Positions 53,212-64,000 of a DNA stretch of 64,000 bases are shown here, piece by piece. The first letter of the stretch is position 1; every line of letters starts with the position of its first letter. This stretch comes from Paramecium tetraurelia (taxonomy: Eukaryota): positions 186,001-250,000 of the forward strand of contig CT868085.1 in NCBI GenBank assembly GCA_000165425.1, written 5' to 3'. Position numbers and translations under genes: made by a program. The notes beneath the pieces were generated by a model, which was given only the letters and a program-made list of their open reading frames with translations, did not search any database and had not been told where the DNA came from.

Positions 53212-54612
53212 ATGATGAAAGTAATAAGCAGGATGTCTTCATTAATTCTTAAGAAATCTGATGACATGGTTCTTTTTGCACATGACAATCCAATTAAATT
53301 AGGCGAGACATTAAAGTTCGGAAATTCATTAGGAGTAGTCATGTCAATTTTTGAAAGAAATCAATTAGCATTATTGTTATAACAATCTGAAGTATTAGAG
53401 CCTATCTAGCCTGTTAATTCATTAATGCCATATCCACAAAATGAAATCTGTACGATTGCAGACATAAAGGAATCAAATGAAAATACTGCTGATAGCAAAA
53501 AATTACCAAAAAGAACTCTTCCATAGAGTTAAATTTTATCACATAATGTGTATATCGATCTCTTTCATCCAATAACTTATGGACAAATGCTCATCATTAA
53601 AGATAAGGAACTTTTGAATAAATTGCAAGCCTTTGATCAGATTATTTATTATGGCAAATCTCCAATCAAGTAAGCAACTTGGTTTAAATATGCAGATAAT
53701 TAAGGTTCAAATTACTACTTACCAAGATATGCATTACAATACGCCAAAGAAAAAGCGAAAACTCTTAAAACTTTGTTAGTAATGGATCAAATTTATGATC
53801 ATTGTGTTGCGCATTAAAAATTATAAGAGACAATTCAATCATATGTTTATGAAAGAACCACTAAAACTGTGTACTTGTCTAATCTATTGAAAGATCTCTC
53901 AGAATCCTGTGGATACAGACCAGGACATAGCAATCTTACTGTTGCTGTTTTGCAAAAAGATTCGAAAGATGACTTATTAAACGATGAGTTGGAGAAAGAA
54001 GTATTATTTAAATGTATTTCAACCATTAGCTAGAATCCTTGTAATCTCATACTCCTACACAAAGCATATCTAAGCCAAGTCCATTCAGTTTGTAAATTCA
54101 AAGTCCATTGTATTATCATTTAGCCTAAGAATTATACAATATTATAGCATAACACAACGAAAAAAAATCAGAATACTTATAAAAGCAATAGTTAAAGATT
54201 CATATTGATCCTTGGGACTTTTATCAATATTTTGATTGCAAACCAATAGTGTAAATGATCAACTTATTCAACCAGTAGAATGGCTAAGAACACGAGTTAG
54301 TAATCCTAGTCGATTTCTCGGTTAAGGCATTCAAAGAAGAATTGATTTGTCAACTCAAAGGTATGTCTATGAGTGCCTATATTTTCAGGTTCCCCTAAGG
54401 AAATTTTGGATGATCTTCTCGGATTCTCTTGTTAAATAAAGGAGTTTGATGGAAAGACATTTGCTGAATTTTATTATGAGAAGAAGAATGAATTAGATGG
54501 AACTGAATTCAAGAATGTAATAAATGAAAGCTTAGGAAGATTTTATGAGTTATACATGCTTCATTTAAGAATGACAGATTAATTGTTATAATACAAAAAG
54601 GATTACATATGA
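53212..54612 (+). CDS. Highly divergent F1-ATPase alpha-subunit-like protein lacking Walker A (~447 aa)
   Basis: IDLFHPITYGQMLII vs F1-alpha VDSLVPIGRGQRELII; NYYLPRYA..TLLVMDQIYDH vs QYLAPYS..ALIIYDDLSKQ; introns 54001-54029 and 54361-54388. Confidence 0.7.
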
Positions 54613-54792
54613 GTGAGTATTGGCATGTATTTTTATTAAGACATATAATAATTAAATTCAAATAGAAATTACTCAAAATTATAAAAGTTACATCTGCAGA
54701 ACAATATCAATAAAGATTATCTTTGTTGTTCTGATAACGTATGACCATATGATAAGTTAATTTATATTTATTTATATAAAAATTACCCATAA

Positions 54793-56986
54793 ATGTTTGA
54801 TAATCGTACTTCTTATTTTAATGTTTAAGGGAATAAAGCGAGCTTTAAGTAGAATATCAAGCTGTTTCAATCATTAAGGGCAAAATTATAGTAAGCAAAA
54901 TCAAAATCCAAAGAACCAATTAGGGGATAACTGAAAACATTGAAAAGATTTGAAGATGTTATTGATGAACCCTAGATGCAATAAAGAGCTGTAACAACTT
55001 AAAAGAAATTGACTCATTTAATTGAGGAATAAGAATAAAGACAAGAGGAGATAAACCCAATGAGATACAACCTAATGTAATTACTTGTATTGATGGGAAA
55101 AAAGGAACATTATTTTGATAAATTAGGCAAAGATGAATTCAAATTAATAAGAGTAGGTTAAAGATCAAAGGAGAGTGTGGATGAGCACATTTAAAAAATT
55201 AAAAAATTTTTAAGCAATAAAGTTCGTTATAAGTATAGAACTAGTTTTAAAATGCAATGTATAAAAATAAATATTTTATCAAGTCTAAATTTAACTAGAT
55301 CTTTTGAAGTATGTCCCAAAGAAAAAATCAATGACAATTAAAAATAGTCAAAGAGATTATGAGATAGATGAAGATGAGGACACTTCTAAGAAGAAAAAAA
55401 TAAGTGCAAGAGGTTACTAAGATTTTTCGAATTGGAAGAAAAAGAACAATGTTGCATAAAATCAAAAAGTTTTTATTATAACAAATGGGTATCATGCTTT
55501 ACGAGATTCTTTATTAGAGAGAAATTGGGCAGAGAATGAGGATGCATATAGTCCATTCTTTGATCTAAAATGGACTTGTGGATTAAGAAGTGATGACTTT
55601 TTAAATTTGATGGACTTTTAACAAATCAATCATTTCGATTCCAATCAATGTCTTTGTTCCAAATTTGGTTTGGCTAGAAATATGAGATGTATACCTAATT
55701 GGGAATCATTTTTTCCTAGGTGTTACGATTTAGGTGACTTAGTTGATTTTTCTGACTTTATAGAAGACTTCAAAATTTCGAAAATCCATAGTATATTAAT
55801 GGAATTTGATTAGAATTAATCTATCAATTAGAATAAGAAAGTACTACCAGAACCTCATGAAGAGACCGAACATAAAAATACATTACGATTAAAGGATTTT
55901 AAAAATATTACAATAAGAGCAATGGAAGAGAAACCTTAGACATTCATAATAAATTTTAGAGAAAGATTCAAAATTCGTTTGTGCATAATGATTTTAAATA
56001 GAGTGGTTTGTTCATTAGGTAGTATGGTCAAAAATATACTGAAAGATGAATTTCCATTTGTTCATCCTGGAGAATGGTTGCAATTGATGAGGGATCCTGA
56101 AAATGCTAAAGATGTATAGATTAATGAATAAATTGAAATGATTCTGAAAGCAAATGGATATGAAGACTAAGAAGGAGATAAATTCATATAAAAATATGGT
56201 TCTTAAATTAAAGATTTGTTAAAATAATTAAACAGAAATCCTTAGAATTCATTGCAAGGTACAAGAAATATTTGGATTGTAAAGCCTGAATATTCATCAA
56301 GAGGAAGAGGAATTAAATGTTTAGATGATCTAAATTAGATTCTGGACACTGTAAATAAAGAAACTATGAATTATGTAGCCATGAAGTACATAGAAAACCC
56401 TTTGATAATTAAGAATAGAAAGTTCGATATTCGTCAATGGGTCTTGGTTACTGAGTTGGTTCCACTCAAAATATATTTTTACAATGAATGTTATATAAGA
56501 TTTTCAGCAGAAGAATTTGACATTGATTAATTTCAAAACAAGTTTGCTCATCTTACTAATAATGCTATTGCAAAGCATTCTTAAAAGTTTTATGAATCAG
56601 ACATTAAAGGCAATATGTGGACTTAGGAGGAATTTCAACAATACTTAGTTGAATAATATGGTTGGGATGTCTTTGCAGAGAAAATACAATCTAAACTTAA
56701 GGAGATTGTTGTTAACAGTTTAAAATGCTGTTGTGATTAGATGAAAAATAGGAGAAGATCTTTTGAAGTATATGGTTATGACTTCATGATTGATGAGCAA
56801 TTTAATACTTGGTTGATTGAAGTCAATATGTCACCTTCAAGTGATACGACAACTCCAGTGACAGCTTAAATAATACCTAAAATGTTAGAAGACATTATGA
56901 AAGTAGTTGTAGACAATCAGAGCAAGACAAAAAAGAAAGTTGGAGGATTTCAATTGATTTATAATAGTGATACTAAATTATAATGA
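54793..56986 (+). CDS. TTLL3: Tubulin-tyrosine-ligase-like protein, TTLL3/glycylase type
   Basis: [93 protein letters not shown]. Confidence 0.9.
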
Positions 56987-57018
56987 TGATTTTGTATAAT
57001 TAGATATTTAATTTGATC

Positions 57019-57900
57019 TCAATTCTTTACATGAGTGAAGTGATGAAATGTTTTAACAAACTCATCAGTTTTATGAAATGGTCTAACTTCATTGACTGGC
57101 TTAGATTAGTATATAATTCCTTAAGCTTATTTTTCAGAATAAAATGTAATAGGTTTTGCTGTTAAATATGATTCTTATGGTAATATTGATGCTAATTGTT
57201 GATCAGATGACAATTAAGGTCTAAATTAGAGTAAGTTAAGTAATCATACTTTTAATAAAATCCCATATCGCTCAATAGATCAACATCTTTTTTATCAGCA
57301 TTTATTGCAGTTCCATTTTGTGTCCTCATTACTCTTCTTCCAATAGTATTATTTTCTATTGGTTTCTAATAAAGTAAATATTTGTTAATACCTAAATGAA
57401 TTCAGATTTGCATGTTGTTTCAAAATATCTCTATTATGTTTAACTGAAACTGTCTGCTTCTCGAGAGTCTAATTCTGATTGAATTTATTATAGATATTAT
57501 TATTCAATTAATTAGGCTTTCTTTCCAACTTTAGGTATTAAATCAGCTCTATTGACAGTCCCCCCAACACTAATTATATATGGATCAATTACTTTTGTGA
57601 AGCTGGTTTTGGAATGTCTGGTAAGATTTTACCAAATAACCTAGTTGTTGTATCTAGCTAATTTATTGGTTCCTTATAGAGAGGAATCTCTTCAGGAGGT
57701 TTGAGCATTAAATCTGTATGTTTCTTTTTTATATGTGAAGGAACAGGGGCTCTTCCAAAGCCTGTGTCTTCTTTTAATTGTGCTTCTTCGTGCCAATTGG
57801 ACATCAAAGTTCCAGAAACAAAAGTATTTACTCCTTTGGCTCCGCTATTTGTAGCTTAAGTTTTATTGTAGCAATCCAATTTCGTTTAATTCATATTCAT
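57019..57900 (-). CDS. SPAG8/FAP143-like ciliary microtubule inner protein
   Basis: TLMSNWHEEAQL, IGRRVMRT, QPITFYSEK and PFHKTDEF resemble SPAG8-family NWxEE, xTFWxE and PFxKxxxF motifs. Confidence 0.6.
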
Positions 57901-59330
57901 TATTTTGTAATAATTATTAATTAAATAATTTTCCTTATTTGATTTAATATTAATTTTAAATAATTCAGATTATAATCATTAATTTAGAGATTATTTCTGT
58001 TCCTTTCAAAAACAGTTGTAATCTTAAAAAACCCTTTCCTTTCTCATTAAGTATTACAAAGAGTATTATCATATATTGCTATATTTACAATCTTTTAGCT
58101 ATTAGAATTATATAAAATTTTTGTTTCATCTTTTTTCTGAAACAAAAATAAATCCTTTGTTTTATTTATCACCATTAATTAATTATGAATTTGCAAGTCA
58201 ATTGTATTTTAAAGTAAAAGAATATTAATTAATTTATCAGATGGCCCAAAAAGAATATATATTTATTTATGTTTTTTCAACAGTTCTGCTAAAATTTCCT
58301 TCAAGATAGTCTATGTACTATACTTTTAGAGTGATACTTATTCTTTTCATTCTCAAATTAATTTTATCTTTAAAACATACTGGTTTCTTTTAGCAGCATA
58401 AAATCAGGCTTCGGCTTAAGGAGATAAAAATAAAATGAAAGTAAAAGCACACAAATCAAAGCCAACAAAAAGAATTCAAATAGAAACTATTGTTAATTTG
58501 TTGAAAAATATATTGAAGTGGGATAGACCAAAAGACTATAAAAATTTTTAGTTTTTAAATGTGGTTTGAAATCGATTATAATTATCATTTAGGTTTTTCA
58601 AACAAGTAAAAAAAAAGTATCACTCATCCGGATTAAGGGCGTCAAACAGTATTCCATTTATAATAACTAAATATTATGTTTCTTTTTCTACCAATATTAT
58701 AATATTATACTATTTGGATCATATTACTATGCAACTTCTTCCTTTATTTATAGTGAAGATTCTTTCAGAACTTTCTTGGATTAATGACAACCCATATTTT
58801 TATATTATTTAAAAATATTTCTAAAAATGTTTGTTTCTTAAGCAAATATTTACAATTATTGGATTCTTCAACCAAAATGAATATTTTTTAATAACATTCA
58901 AATTAAATTAGAAAAAGTAGTCATATTGCAAGCATTCTTATTATTTATAAAGCAATATCGCATGATCTTTGACTATGTCTCTAGATTTTATTATAACATC
59001 ATTAGAATTAATAAATTTAACAGTTCATAGATTTTAACCTAAGTGAAAGCATGTAAACTTAATTATAAAAATAATATTTTTATTTATTCTAGAAATTTAG
59101 ACAATATAAAATTTATCCAAATTTTGTCTAGTTTTTCCCTTAATATATATTCAATATAATAAGTCAGGACTATCAGTATAACAAATTTACACAAGTGAAA
59201 CATAAGATACAATACTGAAAGAATAGGCTTACAATTGGGAGAATGTAGAAGAAAATATAAATTTATAAGATATAAGTTAGCTAAAAAATCATTTGAAATT
59301 AATATTAATTGAAAATTAATTAACAATTAT

Positions 59331-61448
59331 TCACTCATCTACTTCTTTTTAAACTAATTTATAAAGTTAAAATAGAATTCTATTATTGCCTTTTATTATT
59401 TATTATTTTTAAGAGTGACAAACATTATTATAGACATTCTAAATTCCTTCAAAATTAGGACTTTTGATTTGGATTCCTGCTCTTTATGTTTTTTCTAAAA
59501 GGTCTTTTCTAACTTGTAAATTGATAGAGATTAACCCTTCTTAGCTATCATTTAATTCTGCTACTTAATGTTTGATGGATTTGACTTTTTAGAGAAATTC
59601 GATTTAGCGATTTAAGTTAAGGGTTTAATTCATTGCATATAACTGCTTTTATTTTTTGAGATAATCATAATCTTGTTTAAATGTTTGTTAAACTTATTCG
59701 TTACTTATGTAATAAATATCATTATTTACATCAAAAGCAACTTCATTGATTAAAATATGTTTTGATATTAAACATGATAGACCACTTTTATTATTGCTTT
59801 AATTAACCATATCCCTTTATGAGCACATCTTACAGTAATATAGTATGTCTAAACTGCTCTCTTTATTAATTCTAGTGGGATTTTTCATTTAACTTAGGAA
59901 TTTGAAATTAATAAGTATATTCTAACACATTTTCTTAGCTTCAGCTAAATCTGACTTAGAATCAAGTTCACAATCATAATGGCATATTTTTTAACAATCT
60001 GTGCAGAACAAAATCTTTTTCCCTGTAGTTGCTTTTAATACTTTTTTTTCATATTGATTTTCGAATGCTATATAATTTGTAGATGTGATGAGGTTCTTAT
60101 TTGGTTTTTGTTGCTTATCTAATTAAGGTTAAACACCTAATGAATGCATATCCATTTCCATTTTCAATAACTTTTTAAAATGATTAAGTTACTAATCTTT
60201 ATCTTAATTTTAAGAATTGAAAATATTATTAATTTTTGATTAAATTTTTAGTAGTTCTTTTCTCATAATTTCATAGTAAAATTATAATATTTATCTTTGA
60301 GTTACTTCAATTTCGTTTTCCTACAATATGAAATTTTCAGATTCTATATATGATTGAGTCAAATCAATTCCAACTTCAACAGATGAGCAATTTTATTTGA
60401 AATCTTAAAAATTAATATTTCTATGATTGATTAATATATTTTCTGACTCTTGATCTAAATCTAAAGCTGGGAAATATAAGTAATTGTTATTGATACCAAA
60501 CCAAAACTTCAATTCCTCATTAGGCATTTATTTTTACTCAATTTGACTTTGATATTGGTTCATTTGATTTTTCAATATTTTAGGAGTGGGTGAGTTATTA
60601 TGTGAATAGACACTAAGAAGTGGGTTATTATCAGTACAAAATGTTAAGATTAAAAATATCCTATTAGAGAATGATTTGTGGAATAATTCAAAAAATCTTT
60701 GTATCGTATACACTTCTTCTTATCCCAATCTATTGATTGAAGCTGAGTTAACAAAAAATGCTGCAATGATTTCTTTATCTTAGACATATTCTAGTAAGAC
60801 TTAAAAAAAATTGATTTTGCTATCCTGAAATATATCTTTTTCTAAATCTCCCATACCTATAAAATCTACAAAAATCAAATGGTCCTGTTTTTTCATTTCA
60901 ACTAGGTATTCATCATAAAATAAGCCACCCTTATTTTTACTTTGCTTTTTCACTCTATATAAGCTATCAACATCAACATCATAGTAAATATTAATTAAAT
61001 TAAATAGAAACGAAGTCTTGCCAGTTTTTTAGGGTCCTAATATTAATACATATTTATATTTCTGGCCTGCTATTGGTTATATGAATGGCACTTTAAATAG
61101 AGCTAGCTGCTTTATGTCTTAATCATAACTCAAGTCTTCAATTTCTTTATTGCTTGGTCTTGGGAAATCATATTTACATTATCCTCCCAGCTCTCTAATT
61201 AAAGTATAAGCTTCTCTCAAAGTAAACCCTTTGTCTAACAAATCTCTAGGAGAGTAGCGCAAGAATATTTCTATAGATGAAATGCCTCCAGAAAATAATT
61301 TAACAATCAAATTAAGTAATTATATTTCTCTCTTTTAATCAAATCTCCTTCTATCAATATTAGCAGATACTATATTAATCAACTATGATATCTAATTTTA
61401 CATTTAACTTGGCAATTAATCCAAAATTTGACTAGATCCCTGATTCAT
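59331..61448 (-). CDS. P-loop GTPase (septin/AIG1-like G domain) with Cys/His cluster and coiled coil; 3' end approximate
   Basis: VLILGPQKTGKTSFL (G1, ~61014-61040), LIFVDFIGMGD (G3-like), then CQKICHYDC..C..CKMC..C..H and an E/K/Q-rich coiled coil. Confidence 0.75.
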
Positions 61449-61664
61449 ACTATACCTGAAATTAAAACAATAAAAATTATTATGACTAATATGAATTTCT
61501 TTAGGTAAAACCTTATTTTTCCAAATTCTTCAAGGGAATACCAAAACTATTCATCTTAGAATTCAGGAAAAAAAGAGAAAACTCAAATTTAATTTAACCC
61601 AACTTTTATCTATTCAATTTTTGCTTGATTAATTATCATTAAACTAAAATAGTTTTTATATTTT

Positions 61665-63274
61665 ATGCAAAATCCTTAGATTACAAGCTCTGTATATTTT
61701 CCAAAACAATCTTACTTGAGCAAATACAAAGGATTTTAGGAAATGAAATAATAGAAATTTCATAGTCCACAGGAACGGAAATTTAAAGAATGGAATCAAA
61801 AAAATAATTAAACATCTGATTTTGAAGAAACAATAGTAATAACTAATTCAGCCAAATAAATAATTTCAAAACGAAGGATTACTTTTGAAAATTAAATTAA
61901 TAGTGATGAGGAGTCGTATTTCTAAAAAAATGAAGGTTCACTTTCTCATCGATACTTAGCAAATAGCTAAATGTTGAAATAATAGAAATAATTATTACCT
62001 TCACTTCCATGCTAAACTAATCTTAACTATATCAAACCTTAAGCAAGATAGTTATTTGCCAAACCATTTATTAAAAAACAAAAAAGTCTTGATCATGTAG
62101 TTTAAATATGCTATTCAAATAAATAATTTGCTTAATTAAAAGAAGGTGCGAGTTTAAAATGCTTGTTCAAAACTTTAGTTTTTAAGGAAGAGAATTATGA
62201 TAAAATATTAATAATTTAATTTGAAAGTAATAAATTATCTATAAATTTAGATCTTTTATTAAAAAGATCATGTTCTTTTTGGGAAAACCAGAATGAAGTA
62301 ACTAATTGTGGTATCAATTTAGGAACAAACAATTAAGAATAATGTGAGAATTCCTATTGCATTTGTAATTTAAGGAGAGAATTCAAAAATACATTAAAAA
62401 TGTACATCCATTATATTAAAAAAGATTGTCAAAGGCTTTCATAATAATTTTCTTGGTATAAAATGCTAATTTTATGATAAAATGGCATAAATATCTGTAG
62501 GAATAAAATTATTACTATGATGCATTATACTAAATTAGAATAGCAAAAGATGTTCACATTGGTGGCATATAATTGAATAAAGTTTTTAATGATTTCTAGA
62601 AATTTAAATTATCTAAAATAATTTACTTTGATTCAATTGATATATCAAATTCATCCAAATTGCATCCCGAAGACTTATAGTATAAAATACCAATAACTAA
62701 TTTCAACTTAGAAACATCGATTTTTCTATTTAAGAAAAATATACAATAAAAGTAGTTTGATTCGAATTTGCTATATAACTTATCCATGGCATTTTTTTAA
62801 GGCAAGGAACATGTAATAAGCAAAAAATAAGTTTATTTTGAAAATATCGATTTACATTTTGTATTTGAATATTATTCTTCCTAAAATTAAATTAAGAAAA
62901 CTATCTAATTAAGAAAACTTAATGAGTTAAAACAAAAATATTAGAGCATATTACATACATTAAATTAATCTCAAAATATACAAATTGAAAAGGATGAATA
63001 TTTAATTTAGTGGATATCAGCAACAAGGAATGATTTTATAAACGATTTTAAAATGAAAAAGAATGAAAGAGTTCCTCAATTCTATTTTACAATAGGAGAT
63101 GTTATTGTTAGGAATTAAAAATTAAAATGGTAACATTTTAGTTATAAGAGTGAAAAATTATAAATTGGATACGAACATCTTTGTAAATAGATAACTAAAC
63201 TAAATTAGGATCATGAAAATTTTGAAAAGCATTAACATTCAATAAAAATTAATTGTATTCTTTGTATTGAATGA
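61665..63274 (+). CDS. Hypothetical protein
   Basis: MQNPQITSSVYFPKQSYLSK.. long code-6 frame with candidate tiny introns, ending ..NCILCIE TGA; no recognisable domain. Confidence 0.6.
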
Positions 63275-63399
63275 TATTTCTATATACTTTAGCTATATTA
63301 ATTGTACAATTAATATTATTTGCCTTATTTTAATAAATAAATCAAAATAATTTCTTTTAAAATTTTTAGAAATAAACATTCGGGAAGAGCAAATAGGGC

Positions 63400-64000
63400 A
63401 TAAATTTAGAAATTATGTCGTCCCTACTTCTTAAATTTGCTACATATATCATTTTATCATCATTATGTTCTGGATAGTAATCTGTATATGATTTCTTTTA
63501 CTCAAAATTTTTCAACTCTTTTTTCTCAAACTTTTTGAAATTTTTGTATTTCATGATCAAAAATGATATTGCCTCTCTGTCTTTTGGAGGCAGATTCTTA
63601 TAATTCTTTAATTAATAGTATCTTTATTTCAATTAATCTTCAATTGCATCGTTAATTATGTTATCTTATTCAGGATCATAATTAATAATCTACTGGTTAT
63701 TTTATCTCACATAATCGATTGGATTTTAAGGTCTTCCTATTATACTTATTGAATGCTTTAAGCCTTGCACTTAATTGAAATTAAACGGATCATTAATATT
63801 CATTTAAGAGTTTTTTCGAGACGGTGCTGCAGGTGAGGAATGCTATATGATAATTTTAGGGATTTAAATAAGAGTTTTATCTTCGCTTTATGGTTTTTCT
63901 TAAAAGTCAAAATGATATTTCTTGTAATATTCATTTTAAATCTTCTTCAAAATTTCTAGATCTAAAGTATTATTACACTTTCTGGTTTTTCTTGTAAATT
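63400..64000 (-). CDS. 3' part of a hypothetical protein continuing beyond the window
   Basis: Open code-6 frame ..HSSPAAPSRKNSQ..YKNLPPKDREAISFLIMKYK.. with candidate introns; end approximate. Confidence 0.5.

Noticed and set aside
1..64000. Telomeric repeats, retained IESs, tRNAs, CRISPR arrays or prokaryotic operons
   Set aside because: No C4A2/C3A3 tracts, cloverleafs or repeat-spacer arrays seen by eye; TA-bounded IESs cannot be called without a germline comparison; the DNA is eukaryotic

Overview
AT-rich, gene-dense eukaryotic DNA that reads as a ciliate macronuclear chromosome segment, most likely Paramecium. TAA/TAG encode Gln (genetic code 6), TGA is the only stop, introns are tiny (about 20-30 nt, GT..AG) and intergenic spacers are often under 100 nt, so the supplied standard-code ORF track is mostly fragments or antisense noise. 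Hand re-translation gives about 33 protein genes. These include DPP3, eIF3b, a GPI-anchored mini-antigen, a cNMP-binding protein, a MaoC dehydratase, APC6/CDC16, an ATPTT4-like subunit, RPL31, MCTS1, PRP19, RING, Myb, MFSD1-like, Rdx-like, USP20/33-like, MORN/IQ, CTD phosphatase, cold-shock protein, eL42, a vacuolar sorting receptor, a giant beta-helix membrane protein spanning a 718-N gap, TTLL3, SPAG8-like and a P-loop GTPase. There are also two identical 5S rRNA genes. The most notable observations are a full-length but P-loop-less F1-ATPase alpha-like paralog (53212-54612), a USP with catalytic Cys->Ser, an Rdx/SelW-like protein with an expanded Cys/His motif, an H1-like micro-protein, and two genes whose start codons are 11 nt apart. 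CDS coordinates are gene spans including introns. Family calls are from motif recognition by eye; no database search was run.
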